Source: Puniceicoccaceae bacterium
GTDB taxonomy: Bacteria; Verrucomicrobiota; Verrucomicrobiia; Opitutales; Coraliomargaritaceae
Direction of reading: 5' to 3'
DNA: 64,000 nt
Assembly (NCBI GenBank): GCA_017857255.1
Contig: JAFMDL010000003.1
Span: 1,244 to 65,243, forward strand
A model generated the notes under the pieces. It was not told where the DNA came from. It saw nothing but the letters and a program-made list of their open reading frames with translations, and ran no database searches. Of this stretch, positions 51,430 to 61,007 are shown piece by piece (the stretch's first letter is position 1; each line of letters begins with the position of its first letter). Made by a program: the position numbers and the translations under genes.

Positions 51430-53145
51430 TTACAAGTGTTTATCTGTGACTGCGCCTTCAGATGCAGTGGCCACCGTTGCGGCATATTTACCGAGAATTC
51501 CGCGTTTTGAACCTGCGCCAGTGGGTTTAAAGGCTGCCATGCGCGCATCATACTCTGCATCGTCAATCAATACACTGATAGTATTTTTGACGGCATCGAT
51601 CTCGATTTGGTCACCTTCTTTTACGATACCAATCGGGCCACCTTTAGCTGCTTCTGGAGTGATGTGCCCCACATCAAACCCATGGCTGCCCCCGGAGAAG
51701 CGACCATCAGTGATGAGCGCGACTTCTTGAATCAAACCGCGTCCCGCAACTGCGCTGGTAGGCGAGAGCATTTCGCGCATGCCTGGGCCACCGACAGGAC
51801 CCTCGTTACGGATGACAACGACATCACCAGCGACGACATCGCCGCGGAGAATGCCGATGAGCGCGTCTTCCTCGCCTTCATAGACTTTGGCAGTGCCTTT
51901 AAAGTAGAGTCCTTCTTTGCCAGTGATCTTACCAACAGCACCTTCAGGGGCGAGATTGCCGCGCAGGATACGAAGGTGAGTCGACGCTTTAATCGGCTGA
52001 TCGAACGGGCGAATGATATCTTGCTCGTCAGGGAAACTTGCGTACGGCTGAACATCTTGCAGCGACTCGGCAATGGTTTCGCCGGTGACGGTGAGGCAAT
52101 CGCCATGCAGCATGCCGCGGTCGAGTAGCATCTTCATCATCGGGCGAATGCCGCCGATACGAATGAGATGGCTCATGTTGTATTTACCAAATGGTTTGAG
52201 GTCTGCTAGCAGTGGCACGCGCTCGCCGATAGTTTTGAAATCGTCGATCGTCAGGTCCACATCTGCCGAGTGCGCGATCGCGAGTAGGTGCAGAATTAAA
52301 TTGGTCGAACCACCAAGCGCTAAACAGGTGGTAATTGCATTTTCAAAGGCCTTACGCGTCATGATGTCGCGAGGCTTAAGGTCTAGCTCGAGTAGTTTGA
52401 GTACCGCTGCGCCCGCGTTTTCGCAGTCCTTACGCTTTGGTTGGCCGATGGCTACTTGCGCTGAGCTACCAGGGAGGCTCATCCCGAGCGCTTCAATCGC
52501 GCTGGCCATAGTGTTGGCGGTGTACATGCCGCCGCACGAACCGGCGCCTGGAATGGCATATTTTTCAACTTCTTTGAGTTCCTCGTCGGTGAGTTCCCCC
52601 TTGGCATGCTTGCCGACTGCTTCAAATACTGAGACAATATCCATCGGATTGCGCTGCTCTTCTTCATCGTGTGGCATCAGCCCCGGCAAAATCGTGCCGC
52701 CATACACAAACACAGCAGGCCGATTGAGGCGTGCGAGGGCGATCATGCAGCCAGGCATATTTTTATCACAACCTCCGATGGCGACCAGACCATCGAAGCC
52801 TTCTGCAGCAACCACAGTTTCGATCGAGTCAGCGATCACGTCACGCGAGACGAGGCTGTAGCGCATACCCTTTGTACCCATGCTGATACCATCGGAAACG
52901 GTAATGGTGCTAAAGTTAATGGCTTTGCCGCCTGCATTATTGATCCCTGTGGTTGCATGTGCCGCAAGTTCGCCCAAATGCATATTACAAGGGGTCAAAT
53001 CGCTGGGTGAGCCAGCTACGCCAATCTGTGGCTTTTGGAAGTCTTCGTCTTGAAAGCCGACAGCGCGTAACATCGAGCGAGCAGGGGCGCGGTCGTTGCC
53101 ATCGACCACAATAGAGGAGTGTTGACGTGTATTATTGGATGCCAT
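51430..53145 (-). CDS. ilvD: Dihydroxy-acid dehydratase
   Basis: CNMHL, IGGCDKNMPG, PGAGSCGGMYTANTM and LITDGRFSGG motifs. Confidence 0.92.
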   Translation of the reverse strand: MASNNTRQHSSIVVDGNDRAPARSMLRAVGFQDEDFQKPQIGVAGSPSDLTPCNMHLGELAAHATTGINNAGGKAINFSTITVSDGISMGTKGMRYSLVSRDVIADSIETVVAAEGFDGLVAIGGCDKNMPGCMIALARLNRPAVFVYGGTILPGLMPHDEEEQRNPMDIVSVFEAVGKHAKGELTDEELKEVEKYAIPGAGSCGGMYTANTMASAIEALGMSLPGSSAQVAIGQPKRKDCENAGAAVLKLLELDLKPRDIMTRKAFENAITTCLALGGSTNLILHLLAIAHSADVDLTIDDFKTIGERVPLLADLKPFGKYNMSHLIRIGGIRPMMKMLLDRGMLHGDCLTVTGETIAESLQDVQPYASFPDEQDIIRPFDQPIKASTHLRILRGNLAPEGAVGKITGKEGLYFKGTAKVYEGEEDALIGILRGDVVAGDVVVIRNEGPVGGPGMREMLSPTSAVAGRGLIQEVALITDGRFSGGSHGFDVGHITPEAAKGGPIGIVKEGDQIEIDAVKNTISVLIDDAEYDARMAAFKPTGAGSKRGILGKYAATVATASEGAVTDKHL

Positions 53146-53285
53146 GATAAAATAATGAGCGGATTAAAATAGTCCGAAAAATAGGATTCTCGTTGCAGAA
53201 AAGCGGAGATAAGAATGAATAGCTGGAACCTCGACAACACCCTTTTTACTCTTCATCGCCTTAATTCTGCATTTTAATACCCACT

Positions 53286-54074
53286 ATGACTATAGAATTT
53301 GATCTTAAAAAGACGCTTGAAGCACTTTTGCTTTCCAATGCGGAGCCGATTACAGTGAAGGAATTTGTAAAAATCTTTGCCCGCTATCACTCAGGTCTGG
53401 TTGAAGCTGCCGAGGCTGATCAAAGCGAAGAAGCGCTAGTCGATGAGGTTGAGCCTATTTCAGAGCGTGTTCAACCCGAGCAAATTGAGGCGGCCCTTGC
53501 CCAGTTGATGGATGAGGCAGAGGTTCAGGATAAGGCGTATCGGCTGATCGAGGGGCCGAGCGGCTTTCAAATCGTCACTGCGCCTCAGTTTGCCGAGTTC
53601 GTTCGCCTCCTACGTGGAGAGCCGCGGCCCATGAAGCTGAGTCCTGCTGCGCTGGAGACGATGGCAATCGTTGCCTACCGCCAGCCAGTGACTCGTGCCG
53701 AGATGGAGGTGATTCGTGGGGTCTCGGTAGATGGCCCGCTCAATCGGCTGATTGAGTTGGAACTGGTGCTAGTGACGGGGCGTGCAGAGTTGCCTGGGCG
53801 TCCGATTCAATATGGGACTACCGAGAAATTTCTAGAGTTTACTGGAATCAAGGAGCTTGCCGAGTTACCAGCTTCAGATGTACTGAGCAACCATCAGATT
53901 GATGATTGGATGCGCAGCAGCGAGGAGCCCGAACAAGCAATTACCGACGAAGATATGGGTCTTGCCAAGGTGCGAAACCCCGATGAATTACCCTTAGATG
54001 AAACTTTTGTCGAAGTCGATTGGCAAAATGAGACTGCTGAGAGCGATGCTGCTCAAGAATCTGCACCCGAATAG
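53286..54074 (+). CDS. scpB: Segregation and condensation protein B
   Basis: LEALLLSNAEPITV, GFQIVT, LSPAALETMAIVAYRQPVTRAEMEVIRGV and GRPIQYGTT motifs. Confidence 0.85.
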   Translation: MTIEFDLKKTLEALLLSNAEPITVKEFVKIFARYHSGLVEAAEADQSEEALVDEVEPISERVQPEQIEAALAQLMDEAEVQDKAYRLIEGPSGFQIVTAPQFAEFVRLLRGEPRPMKLSPAALETMAIVAYRQPVTRAEMEVIRGVSVDGPLNRLIELELVLVTGRAELPGRPIQYGTTEKFLEFTGIKELAELPASDVLSNHQIDDWMRSSEEPEQAITDEDMGLAKVRNPDELPLDETFVEVDWQNETAESDAAQESAPE

Positions 54075-54084
54075 AAGGAACCAA

Positions 54085-55377
54085 ATGTCTGAAGATATGA
54101 ACGCCAAGTTACAGCGTAATCGTGATGCGATTGACGCGATTGACCAGCAAGTTGTGCAGTTGCTCAACCAGCGTGTGCGCCAAGATGGCGGTCTCGACGA
54201 GGAACAGGTACTCGCCAAAGTGGCGGCGTTTAACCGAGGGCCACTGACAGATGCGACATTACAAGCGATCTATCGTGCAATGATGCTCGCGGGCCTTGCT
54301 CCAGATGCCGTCGCCACTGCAACTGACAAGGTCGATGCCCTGGATCTAGAGATTGTCCAACTTTTGAATAAACGTGTACAACATGCGGGAGAGATTGGCA
54401 CTATCAAGCATGCCAATGGCGCAGACTATTATGACCCGACCCGAGAGGCACAGGTCATGGCGAAAGTAGCTGGCCTCAATCCAGGGCCGATTAATAACCA
54501 AACACTGCAATCCGTTTACCGTGAGGTCATCTCTGGGTCCATCGCACTTGAGAAAAAGCTAGTGATCGGTTACCTCGGGCCAGAAGCGACTTACACGCAT
54601 CAGGCTGCGATTTGCAACTTCGGCGTGAGCTTGGACTATCGTGCGATCAAGACCATTCCTGATGTTTTCGCCGAGGTCGAAAGCGGTAGCGCCGATTACG
54701 GCGTGGTGCCGATTGAAAATTCAACTGAAGGCGCGGTCTTTCACTCGATGGATATGTTGGTCGAGTCGGATCTGCATATTTGCTCGCAAGTATATTTGCC
54801 GATTGAGCACTGCCTGATCTCGCAATCAGAACTGGATCAAATCACGGAAGTCCGCTCTAAGGATCAAGCACTCGGGCAATGCCGTGAATGGCTGCGCGTC
54901 AATGTGCCAAATGCCACTTTGACTGACGTTGTCAGCACCGCCGATGCAGTGCGCACTGCGAAGCAGGATCCACGTGTTGCGGCGGTGGCTAGTGCGCTCT
55001 CCGCGCAACGTTACGCAGTGCCGATACAGATACATGGCATTCAGGACCGGGATGATAATGTAACTCGCTTCTTGGTGGTTGGTAAGACACGTGCAAAGCC
55101 ACTCGGGGATGGCCGGGATAAGACCAGTTTGGTGATCTCTCTTAAAGATGAGCCTGGCGCCTTGGAGCAAACCTTAAAGGCATTTGCCTCGCGCGGCATT
55201 AATCTCAGTAAAATTGAATCACGCCCCAGCCGTAAAAAAGCTTGGGATTATTTCTTCTTCATTGATTTGGTTGGTCACTACGAAGACGAGCCGGTACAGG
55301 CAGCGTTGGCTGACTTGGAGGGCCACTGCCCATTAATTAAATGGTTGGGGAGTTATCCTAACGACGAGCGAGGCTAG
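54085..55377 (+). CDS. pheA: Chorismate mutase / prephenate dehydratase (P-protein) with ACT domain
   Basis: ATG 54085 is preceded by AAGGAA and follows the scpB stop; the track start 53998 would overlap scpB. CM helix IVQLLNKRVQHAGEIG, PDT motif GYLGPEATYTHQAA, and ACT/ESRP motif KIESRPSRK. Confidence 0.88.
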   Translation: MSEDMNAKLQRNRDAIDAIDQQVVQLLNQRVRQDGGLDEEQVLAKVAAFNRGPLTDATLQAIYRAMMLAGLAPDAVATATDKVDALDLEIVQLLNKRVQHAGEIGTIKHANGADYYDPTREAQVMAKVAGLNPGPINNQTLQSVYREVISGSIALEKKLVIGYLGPEATYTHQAAICNFGVSLDYRAIKTIPDVFAEVESGSADYGVVPIENSTEGAVFHSMDMLVESDLHICSQVYLPIEHCLISQSELDQITEVRSKDQALGQCREWLRVNVPNATLTDVVSTADAVRTAKQDPRVAAVASALSAQRYAVPIQIHGIQDRDDNVTRFLVVGKTRAKPLGDGRDKTSLVISLKDEPGALEQTLKAFASRGINLSKIESRPSRKKAWDYFFFIDLVGHYEDEPVQAALADLEGHCPLIKWLGSYPNDERG

Positions 55378-55475
55378 GATGCATGGCGTCTCAGCTACTT
55401 TTAATCTAGGATGGTCGCTTCATGCGATGCAGATCCAAACAATCACAACTAGCTAAAGATTAGGATAGAGTATGA

Positions 55476-56018
55476 TTATTTGTATAAAGCCGTTGCTTCG
55501 ATGATTACGTTTGTAGGAGTGGATGATTCAGCAACGGTGCCGATAACAACGACTTCGTCGAGTTCGTTGAGACCGATGCTTGTTTGCAAATTCTGTTGAA
55601 TCGGATTGCCGATCGCATCGATAAATTGTACGGAGACGCGCATAGCCTTCAGTCTATCAGGATCTTCGCAGCAAGCGTCCCACGGCGTATCACAATGGTC
55701 ATCGCCCATTTCGTCGCAAAACACGAGTTCCTGATCGGCTAAAACAAAGCCTGCATAGCCTTCCACAAAGGGTAGACGTGTGCCACCGATTTGTCCGCGC
55801 ACTGAGATCGAGGTTCCGGGATTGGCCTGTGCACGAACACTAGCAACACTGAGTACATTTTTTGGAGCTTCTGAGAGTTGCATCGTGGCGAGGATGTCAT
55901 CCTTCGATGTTTGACTGATACTTGCCGAATCACTAGGTCCACAAGCAGTTAACATAAGAACCAAGCTGCTGAGAATGGCTGCAATTATGAGTGATAGATG
56001 ATGATTATTTGGATGCAT
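55476..56018 (-). CDS. Lipoprotein with acidic Cys/His cluster, function unknown (last gene of the ABC operon)
   Basis: Lipobox LMLTAC. The mature part has beta-rich segments and the motif FCDEMGDDHCDTPWDACCEDPD. It starts 37 nt downstream of the second permease gene. Confidence 0.6.
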   Translation of the reverse strand: MHPNNHHLSLIIAAILSSLVLMLTACGPSDSASISQTSKDDILATMQLSEAPKNVLSVASVRAQANPGTSISVRGQIGGTRLPFVEGYAGFVLADQELVFCDEMGDDHCDTPWDACCEDPDRLKAMRVSVQFIDAIGNPIQQNLQTSIGLNELDEVVVIGTVAESSTPTNVIIEATALYK

Positions 56019-56055
56019 AAATTAGATATAAGTTCGATAGGATTAAGATTCAAAG

Positions 56056-57225
56056 TCAGGAGCGCAGCGTACTGGGCAGTGGAGCAGTCAGGCAGCGAAT
56101 TGCAGGAGGCACTGCACCGAGTACGCCTAGTAGTAACCCGGTTAGTAAACCAGAGCTGAGCACGCTACCAGTGAGTTCCAACGAGAAGGTGCCAATCGAG
56201 AACTGTACGCTACGACCTTCGAGTAGCAATACGGCTGCAAAGGCGGCTAGCAAGGTCCCGCTTAAGGTTGCCAATAGGCTCTCTTGGATGAGTGAAATGC
56301 ATACTGCAGTGCGTCGGAAGCCAATCGCCTGCAATGTCGCCAGTTCACGGATACGCGCAGCGAACGCGGCATAGAGTAGATTAAAGCCACCAAAGATGGC
56401 ACCTGCGGCAATGAGCCCCGCAGTCAGCCAAGTCATTGCTCGAATAGGGGCAAAGAAGCCCGACAGTGTATCGTAGTAGACTGCTTCGCGAATGGCACTC
56501 AGTTCCAGGTCCAGACGTTGTTTAGCAAAGAGATCTGCTGCGGAGTAACCTTCGGGTTGTTGCAAGCGAACGATCACACAAGAGAGCGATTCGCGCTGAG
56601 TCATCGTCATCAGATCACTGCGGTCAAACCAGACCTCGGACTCCATGACTGTGCCCGGAGCTGCGAAGATGCCCGATACCGTGAAGTGTTGACCTTCAAA
56701 TTCTATTGCTACGCCCGGGTGTATGGCTTCGATCGATGTACCAAGTATGTGATAGGCTTGTTTGCCGACGAGAATTTCACCGACACGGGGGAATTCACCA
56801 GCGATGATGCGCACATCGCGATGCACTTCGAAAGCCGCGGGGGTGATGCCCCGCAGAAGTGCCTGCTGTTTGCCTCCTTCAACGGTGGAGAGTTCGCCCA
56901 TAAAGTGCACCTCTCCCGACACCGCCGGTTGCCCTAAGCGAGTATCGATCCCTCGAATACCGGCAGTCGCCAGCGACTCGACTTGCACGTCAATTTCGCT
57001 ACGCTCAACACTTTCCTCAGAACCAGCACTGAGCAACATAACATTATGCACGGAGCCACTGGCTAGCAGCATCGATTTCATTCCCTCGTTAAAGGCACCC
57101 GCGGCGAAGATGAGAAAGACCACCGCGCCAGAGCCAGCTACAATCTGTAAAAAGCGCGGAATGTCACGCAGCAGATTACGCGTTGCATACGCGAAAGGTA
57201 GTAGTGCTAGTCGTAGCCTTTTCAT
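56056..57225 (-). CDS. ABC transporter permease, FtsX/MacB type
   Basis: One N-terminal TM, a large extracytoplasmic domain, then three C-terminal TMs with the FtsX-like signature (LQAIGFRR). Confidence 0.8.
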   Translation of the reverse strand: MKRLRLALLPFAYATRNLLRDIPRFLQIVAGSGAVVFLIFAAGAFNEGMKSMLLASGSVHNVMLLSAGSEESVERSEIDVQVESLATAGIRGIDTRLGQPAVSGEVHFMGELSTVEGGKQQALLRGITPAAFEVHRDVRIIAGEFPRVGEILVGKQAYHILGTSIEAIHPGVAIEFEGQHFTVSGIFAAPGTVMESEVWFDRSDLMTMTQRESLSCVIVRLQQPEGYSAADLFAKQRLDLELSAIREAVYYDTLSGFFAPIRAMTWLTAGLIAAGAIFGGFNLLYAAFAARIRELATLQAIGFRRTAVCISLIQESLLATLSGTLLAAFAAVLLLEGRSVQFSIGTFSLELTGSVLSSGLLTGLLLGVLGAVPPAIRCLTAPLPSTLRS

Positions 57226-57228
57226 TAT

Positions 57229-58374
57229 TTATCTGCGAAGCGATTCAACCAGTGGATGTTTTGCCGCAGTCCATGCCGGCCAGAGAGATGCAACCAAGCC
57301 CAGTGCGCAGGCAATAGTTAGTGCCTTGGTAGTGACGTTCAGGCTTGGTATCAACGCGAGTACTAGACCCTCGTTGCCGATGGTGTAACTCTGCAGATAA
57401 AAAAACAGCGTTGCTCCCAAGCTGCCGATGAGTCCGCCCGCCAAACCGAGCACTGCACCTTCGCCGACCATTATTGAGCTAACCGCACTGCGCGAATAAC
57501 CAATCGTCTGAAGCACCGCGCTTTCTTGTACCCGTCCACTCGCAGCCAACAGCAGTGAATTGGCCACCAGTCCCAGCACTGCCATTACGGCTCCGAGGCC
57601 GATCCAGCGAGTGAAGTGAATCATCTCAATCATATCATGCGCGGTCTGCATAAAAAATGCTTTTTCGGGGCGGGTGGTAGTGGGCGCCTGATCCGCGGCA
57701 AATAGGTCATCAATCGCCTGCGCTACCGAGGCACTTTGCAAAGCATCGCGGACGCGCACATTAAACTGAGTCACCGTACCCAGCCCAACTCGTGACGATT
57801 GTTGCAAGAACGGCAAGTGGACGTAGGCCACATTGTTGTCTTGTTGTAAAGGAGAACTTACGATGCCTGCGACCCATACACGGACGCCCACTGCTTCAAA
57901 GGTATCGCCGGGGCTTAGGCCGCGCTGGCGAGCCAATTGTTCACCCACTAGTGCGGCATCGCTGCGTGATTGCCACCGCTCCATGGATCCGCTCAGGACT
58001 TGGAGGTCTGGGTTATAGCGACTGAGTGTTGCAGGTGGCACGCCACGGAAGGTGATCACATCGAGGCTGGCGCCGCAGTTGTTGACGGCAATTTGAATTG
58101 GAATGGCTTCCTCGACGCCAGGGATACGTTGGATTTCACGTAGGTAATGCTCTGGTAGACGCGAGGTCATGGGGCAGAATCGATTCTCCCTATAGACGAC
58201 TAATACCGTATCGTCTGCGCCGCTTTGGATGACGCGATTTAGCGAGTGCTGCATCGTCTGTACCGACGTAAATAAAAACATGCCTGCGCCGACTCCTGCA
58301 AGTGTCAACAGACTCCGCACACGGTGTCTAAGTACTTGTTTGATTGCTAAATTGAATATGTGACGAAGTTTCAT
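57229..58374 (-). CDS. ABC transporter permease, FtsX/MacB type (paralog)
   Basis: Same topology as the neighbouring permease, with an LQTIGYSR signature. Its start overlaps the ATPase stop by 4 nt. Confidence 0.8.
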   Translation of the reverse strand: MKLRHIFNLAIKQVLRHRVRSLLTLAGVGAGMFLFTSVQTMQHSLNRVIQSGADDTVLVVYRENRFCPMTSRLPEHYLREIQRIPGVEEAIPIQIAVNNCGASLDVITFRGVPPATLSRYNPDLQVLSGSMERWQSRSDAALVGEQLARQRGLSPGDTFEAVGVRVWVAGIVSSPLQQDNNVAYVHLPFLQQSSRVGLGTVTQFNVRVRDALQSASVAQAIDDLFAADQAPTTTRPEKAFFMQTAHDMIEMIHFTRWIGLGAVMAVLGLVANSLLLAASGRVQESAVLQTIGYSRSAVSSIMVGEGAVLGLAGGLIGSLGATLFFYLQSYTIGNEGLVLALIPSLNVTTKALTIACALGLVASLWPAWTAAKHPLVESLRR

Positions 58375-59102
58375 CCGTTGGGATTTGTATCGGCTTTACT
58401 GATACCGATTTGTTCAATCAGTTGGCCTTTTTCCAAGTGCAAGGTACGGCTGGCTGCTGCGGCTGCGATCGCATCGTGCGTGACCATGACAATGGTTTTA
58501 CCCAGGTCTGCAGAGAGTTCGCTCATTAATTGCAGAATCGATTTGGCAGATTCGCGGTCGAGATCGCCGGTCGGCTCGTCTGCCACTAGCAATTCGGGAT
58601 CAGTCACAATCGCACGGGCAATAGCGACGCGCTGCTCCTGCCCGCCAGAGAGTTCACTTGGTCGGTGATTTAAGCGATCAGATAAGCCGACAAGATCCAG
58701 TGCGGAGTGAACCCGTGCCCGCCGCTCATCACGGCTGAGCGCAGGGTTGAGTAGTAGGGGTAGTTCCACATTTTCGAAAGCTGTTAAAATAGGAACTAGA
58801 TGATAGAGCTGAAAGATATAGCCACAATTTCGTGCTCGCCAGCTGGTGAGCGCGCCTCGCGATAAAGTGGCGAGATTACGCTCGCCTATCCAGAGTTCAC
58901 CAGAGGTGGGGTGATCGATCCCTGCAATGAGATTAAGAAGGGTGGTTTTGCCAGAACCCGAGGGACCCATTAGCGCTAGGAATTCGCCGCGCGCGACATC
59001 TAGGTCAAGCGCTTCGAGTGGTGTGACTGTGGTAGTGCCCTTGCGATAGGTCTTAGAGAGCCCGCGGCAACGGATCAGATTATGAGATGGAAGTGTGTTC
59101 AT
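58371..59102 (-). CDS. ABC transporter ATP-binding protein (MacB/LolD type)
   Basis: Walker [11 protein letters not shown]-loop, signature LSGGQEQR, Walker [13 protein letters not shown] and H-loop VTHD. Confidence 0.9.
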   Translation of the reverse strand: MNTLPSHNLIRCRGLSKTYRKGTTTVTPLEALDLDVARGEFLALMGPSGSGKTTLLNLIAGIDHPTSGELWIGERNLATLSRGALTSWRARNCGYIFQLYHLVPILTAFENVELPLLLNPALSRDERRARVHSALDLVGLSDRLNHRPSELSGGQEQRVAIARAIVTDPELLVADEPTGDLDRESAKSILQLMSELSADLGKTIVMVTHDAIAAAAASRTLHLEKGQLIEQIGISKADTNPNG

Positions 59103-60544
59103 TTTTTAAATTTTTTGGCAGATTCGTTTTGCCTTCGTATACGCTCGCCGTGCTGCAAGTCTGCGGGTGGGTTAACTACCACGTGTGCGCCAGGTTGAAG
59201 TCCTTCCAGCACTTGCAGGTAACCCTCGCGACCTTCGGGAGCTAGGTGTACTGGTTGTAAGCTCACTCGTTTACCAGTTCTATCCAGCGTCCAGACCGCG
59301 GTGTTGTTGTCTCGATTAATAATAGCGTTGGCGGGTATATAGATACTGATTCGATCATTGTTAGGTGTGGTTCGCTTACCTGTTCGCGGTGCTAGAAATT
59401 CTGCGCGGCAGAGCATCTCGGGGCGAAGGCCAGCATCTGGGTTCAGTAGTTCCACTTTAACTTGCAACGTGTTGCGTTGCAGGTCTGCTTGCCCCTCAAT
59501 TCTACTGACTTGACCTTTCAGGATTTTGTCTCGGAGAAATACGCTGCGTAGGCGCACTGCTTGACCGATGTGTAGTTGTGCCGCTTCGTCGAGTGGTACA
59601 TCGATACGGGCTTGCAGAGCACTGGGTTTGAATAGAGTAGCGATCGTAGCGGACTCGGGATCGTCCATCATTGCGAAGCGTTTCATGCCCGGGCTGACAA
59701 ACAATTTCTGAATGATCCCGTCTATCGAGCTGCGAATTTTCATGCGGTCAAGCGCGAGTTGTTTTCGAGCTAGGTCTGTTGCTGCAGCTTGCAGTTTATA
59801 TCGGCTGCTTAAAACGGCTGCAGTACGTGCTTCGAGAGTAGCGTTCAATTCACCGCCCTTTGCCTCCAGCGCTTTTATCATGGCAAGCTGGGTTAAGACC
59901 CGCAGGCGCGACTGCGTGATTGCTTGTTCAGGAACACTGTTACCTCCAGCAGAGCTGAGTCGAGTTTGATCGTCACGCAATTCCTCCAGGCGGGCATGTT
60001 CGATCTCGACTTCCTCGCTCAAGCGTTGAAGCTCCGCTTGGGTGGCTTTAATCATGGCTTGCTTTTCAGATAAAGCTGCGGCCTGCTGGGCGTGTGCGGC
60101 TTCGGCGGAATCGAGGTCTAACTGTGCGTCGGCGCTGACTAATTCTACTAGCAACTGTCCTTTGATGACCGTCTCGCCTTCTAATACGTGGACTGTATCT
60201 ACAAAGCCGTCATTGAGCGCTACGGCTCGAACTAGTTGTGGCGCCGACTCGATCCAGCCCGAGGCCTGAAATACAGGGTCACCATCGAAAGTCAGAGTCG
60301 CTTGGTTTTGCGCCGTTGGAGAGGGCTGACTCGTAGCTCGGGAACGTTGGGTGACGACCGACTCAAGTTGTACTAGGCGGGCGGGGATTAGTCGCTCACC
60401 AAATAGCAGTGCCAACAATAGGAGAAACGCGACCAGCAGTGCGATTGGCAAGTATTTAGCTAGTCGCTGCAGCGAGTATTGGCGATGACTCTGGGGAGAT
60501 GAATTGCCCGGTTTAGGTGTATAAAGATCAGATACTTGGACCAT
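59099..60544 (-). CDS. HlyD-family periplasmic adaptor (membrane fusion protein)
   Basis: N-terminal TM, lipoyl-like half motifs (VLEGETVIKGQLLVEL ... SSIDGIIQK), a long coiled-coil hairpin and a beta-barrel C-terminus. Its stop overlaps the ATPase start by 4 nt. Confidence 0.85.
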   Translation of the reverse strand: MVQVSDLYTPKPGNSSPQSHRQYSLQRLAKYLPIALLVAFLLLLALLFGERLIPARLVQLESVVTQRSRATSQPSPTAQNQATLTFDGDPVFQASGWIESAPQLVRAVALNDGFVDTVHVLEGETVIKGQLLVELVSADAQLDLDSAEAAHAQQAAALSEKQAMIKATQAELQRLSEEVEIEHARLEELRDDQTRLSSAGGNSVPEQAITQSRLRVLTQLAMIKALEAKGGELNATLEARTAAVLSSRYKLQAAATDLARKQLALDRMKIRSSIDGIIQKLFVSPGMKRFAMMDDPESATIATLFKPSALQARIDVPLDEAAQLHIGQAVRLRSVFLRDKILKGQVSRIEGQADLQRNTLQVKVELLNPDAGLRPEMLCRAEFLAPRTGKRTTPNNDRISIYIPANAIINRDNNTAVWTLDRTGKRVSLQPVHLAPEGREGYLQVLEGLQPGAHVVVNPPADLQHGERIRRQNESAKKFKK

Positions 60545-60645
60545 ATTTTGTGATTCATTTGTAGTGCTGCCGACTCAAGGATCGACACGTTACGACCACA
60601 CGACACGTCTACGACGGCCGTACGGTATAGGATGAATCACAAAAT
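60545..60645 (-). repeat. 101-nt element bounded by perfect 14-nt inverted repeats, abutting the adaptor-gene start codon
   Basis: ATTTTGTGATTCAT (60545-60558) pairs with ATGAATCACAAAAT (60632-60645). Inside are tandem direct repeats CGACACGTTACGAC (60583-60596) and CGACACGTCTACGAC (60601-60615), and the palindrome CCGTACGG (60618-60625). Confidence 0.6.
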
Positions 60646-61007
60646 CAGATTAGCCAGGACTGGACGTGGCAGCGATACTGTTGAGAGCGCAGCGGAGGCG
60701 GGTGACTGCCTGTATGAGTGCTGACAGTCTGCGGTAGTTGACTTGCTGATTTTTTAGACAGTATTCGTGTAGTTGACCGTGCTATATAAATCGAATCGAC
60801 TTGGGGAATTATGCTCAAAAATGGCTGACTGGGCACACTTTGGCTGCTGTGTTTGAGACAGCATTCCGAGGATAATTCCTGACAGCATGGAACAGCCTCA
60901 ATGCTCGCGTTCGTATCGCCTGCATGTGAACACAAGCAATCTTGTGCGTTCAGGGATAAACCCATGAACGTCACGATCATCAAAAAACTGCAAATAAACC
61001 AACGCAT
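60645..61007 (-). CDS. Hypothetical 120-aa signal-peptide protein with C-x-C / CC / CC / PPP motifs (speculative)
   Basis: The internal ATG of the 202-aa track ORF gives MRWFICSFLMIVTFMGLSLNAQ/DCLCSHAGD...VPCCQELSSECC...HPPPL. The rest is Ser/Gln-rich and could equally be a chance ORF in AT-rich spacer. Confidence 0.25.
   Translation of the reverse strand: MRWFICSFLMIVTFMGLSLNAQDCLCSHAGDTNASIEAVPCCQELSSECCLKHSSQSVPSQPFLSIIPQVDSIYIARSTTRILSKKSASQLPQTVSTHTGSHPPPLRSQQYRCHVQSWLI

Noticed and set aside
52073-52861. 262-aa plus-strand ORF (and several shorter ones at 51446-53010) inside ilvD
   Set aside because: It is antisense to a full-length, motif-perfect ilvD. The Ser/Pro/Ala/Arg-rich low-complexity translation is typical of shadow ORFs.
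56762-57388. 208-aa plus-strand ORF across the junction of the two permease genes
   Set aside because: It is antisense to two motif-supported FtsX-type permeases, with Ser/Pro/Arg-rich composition.
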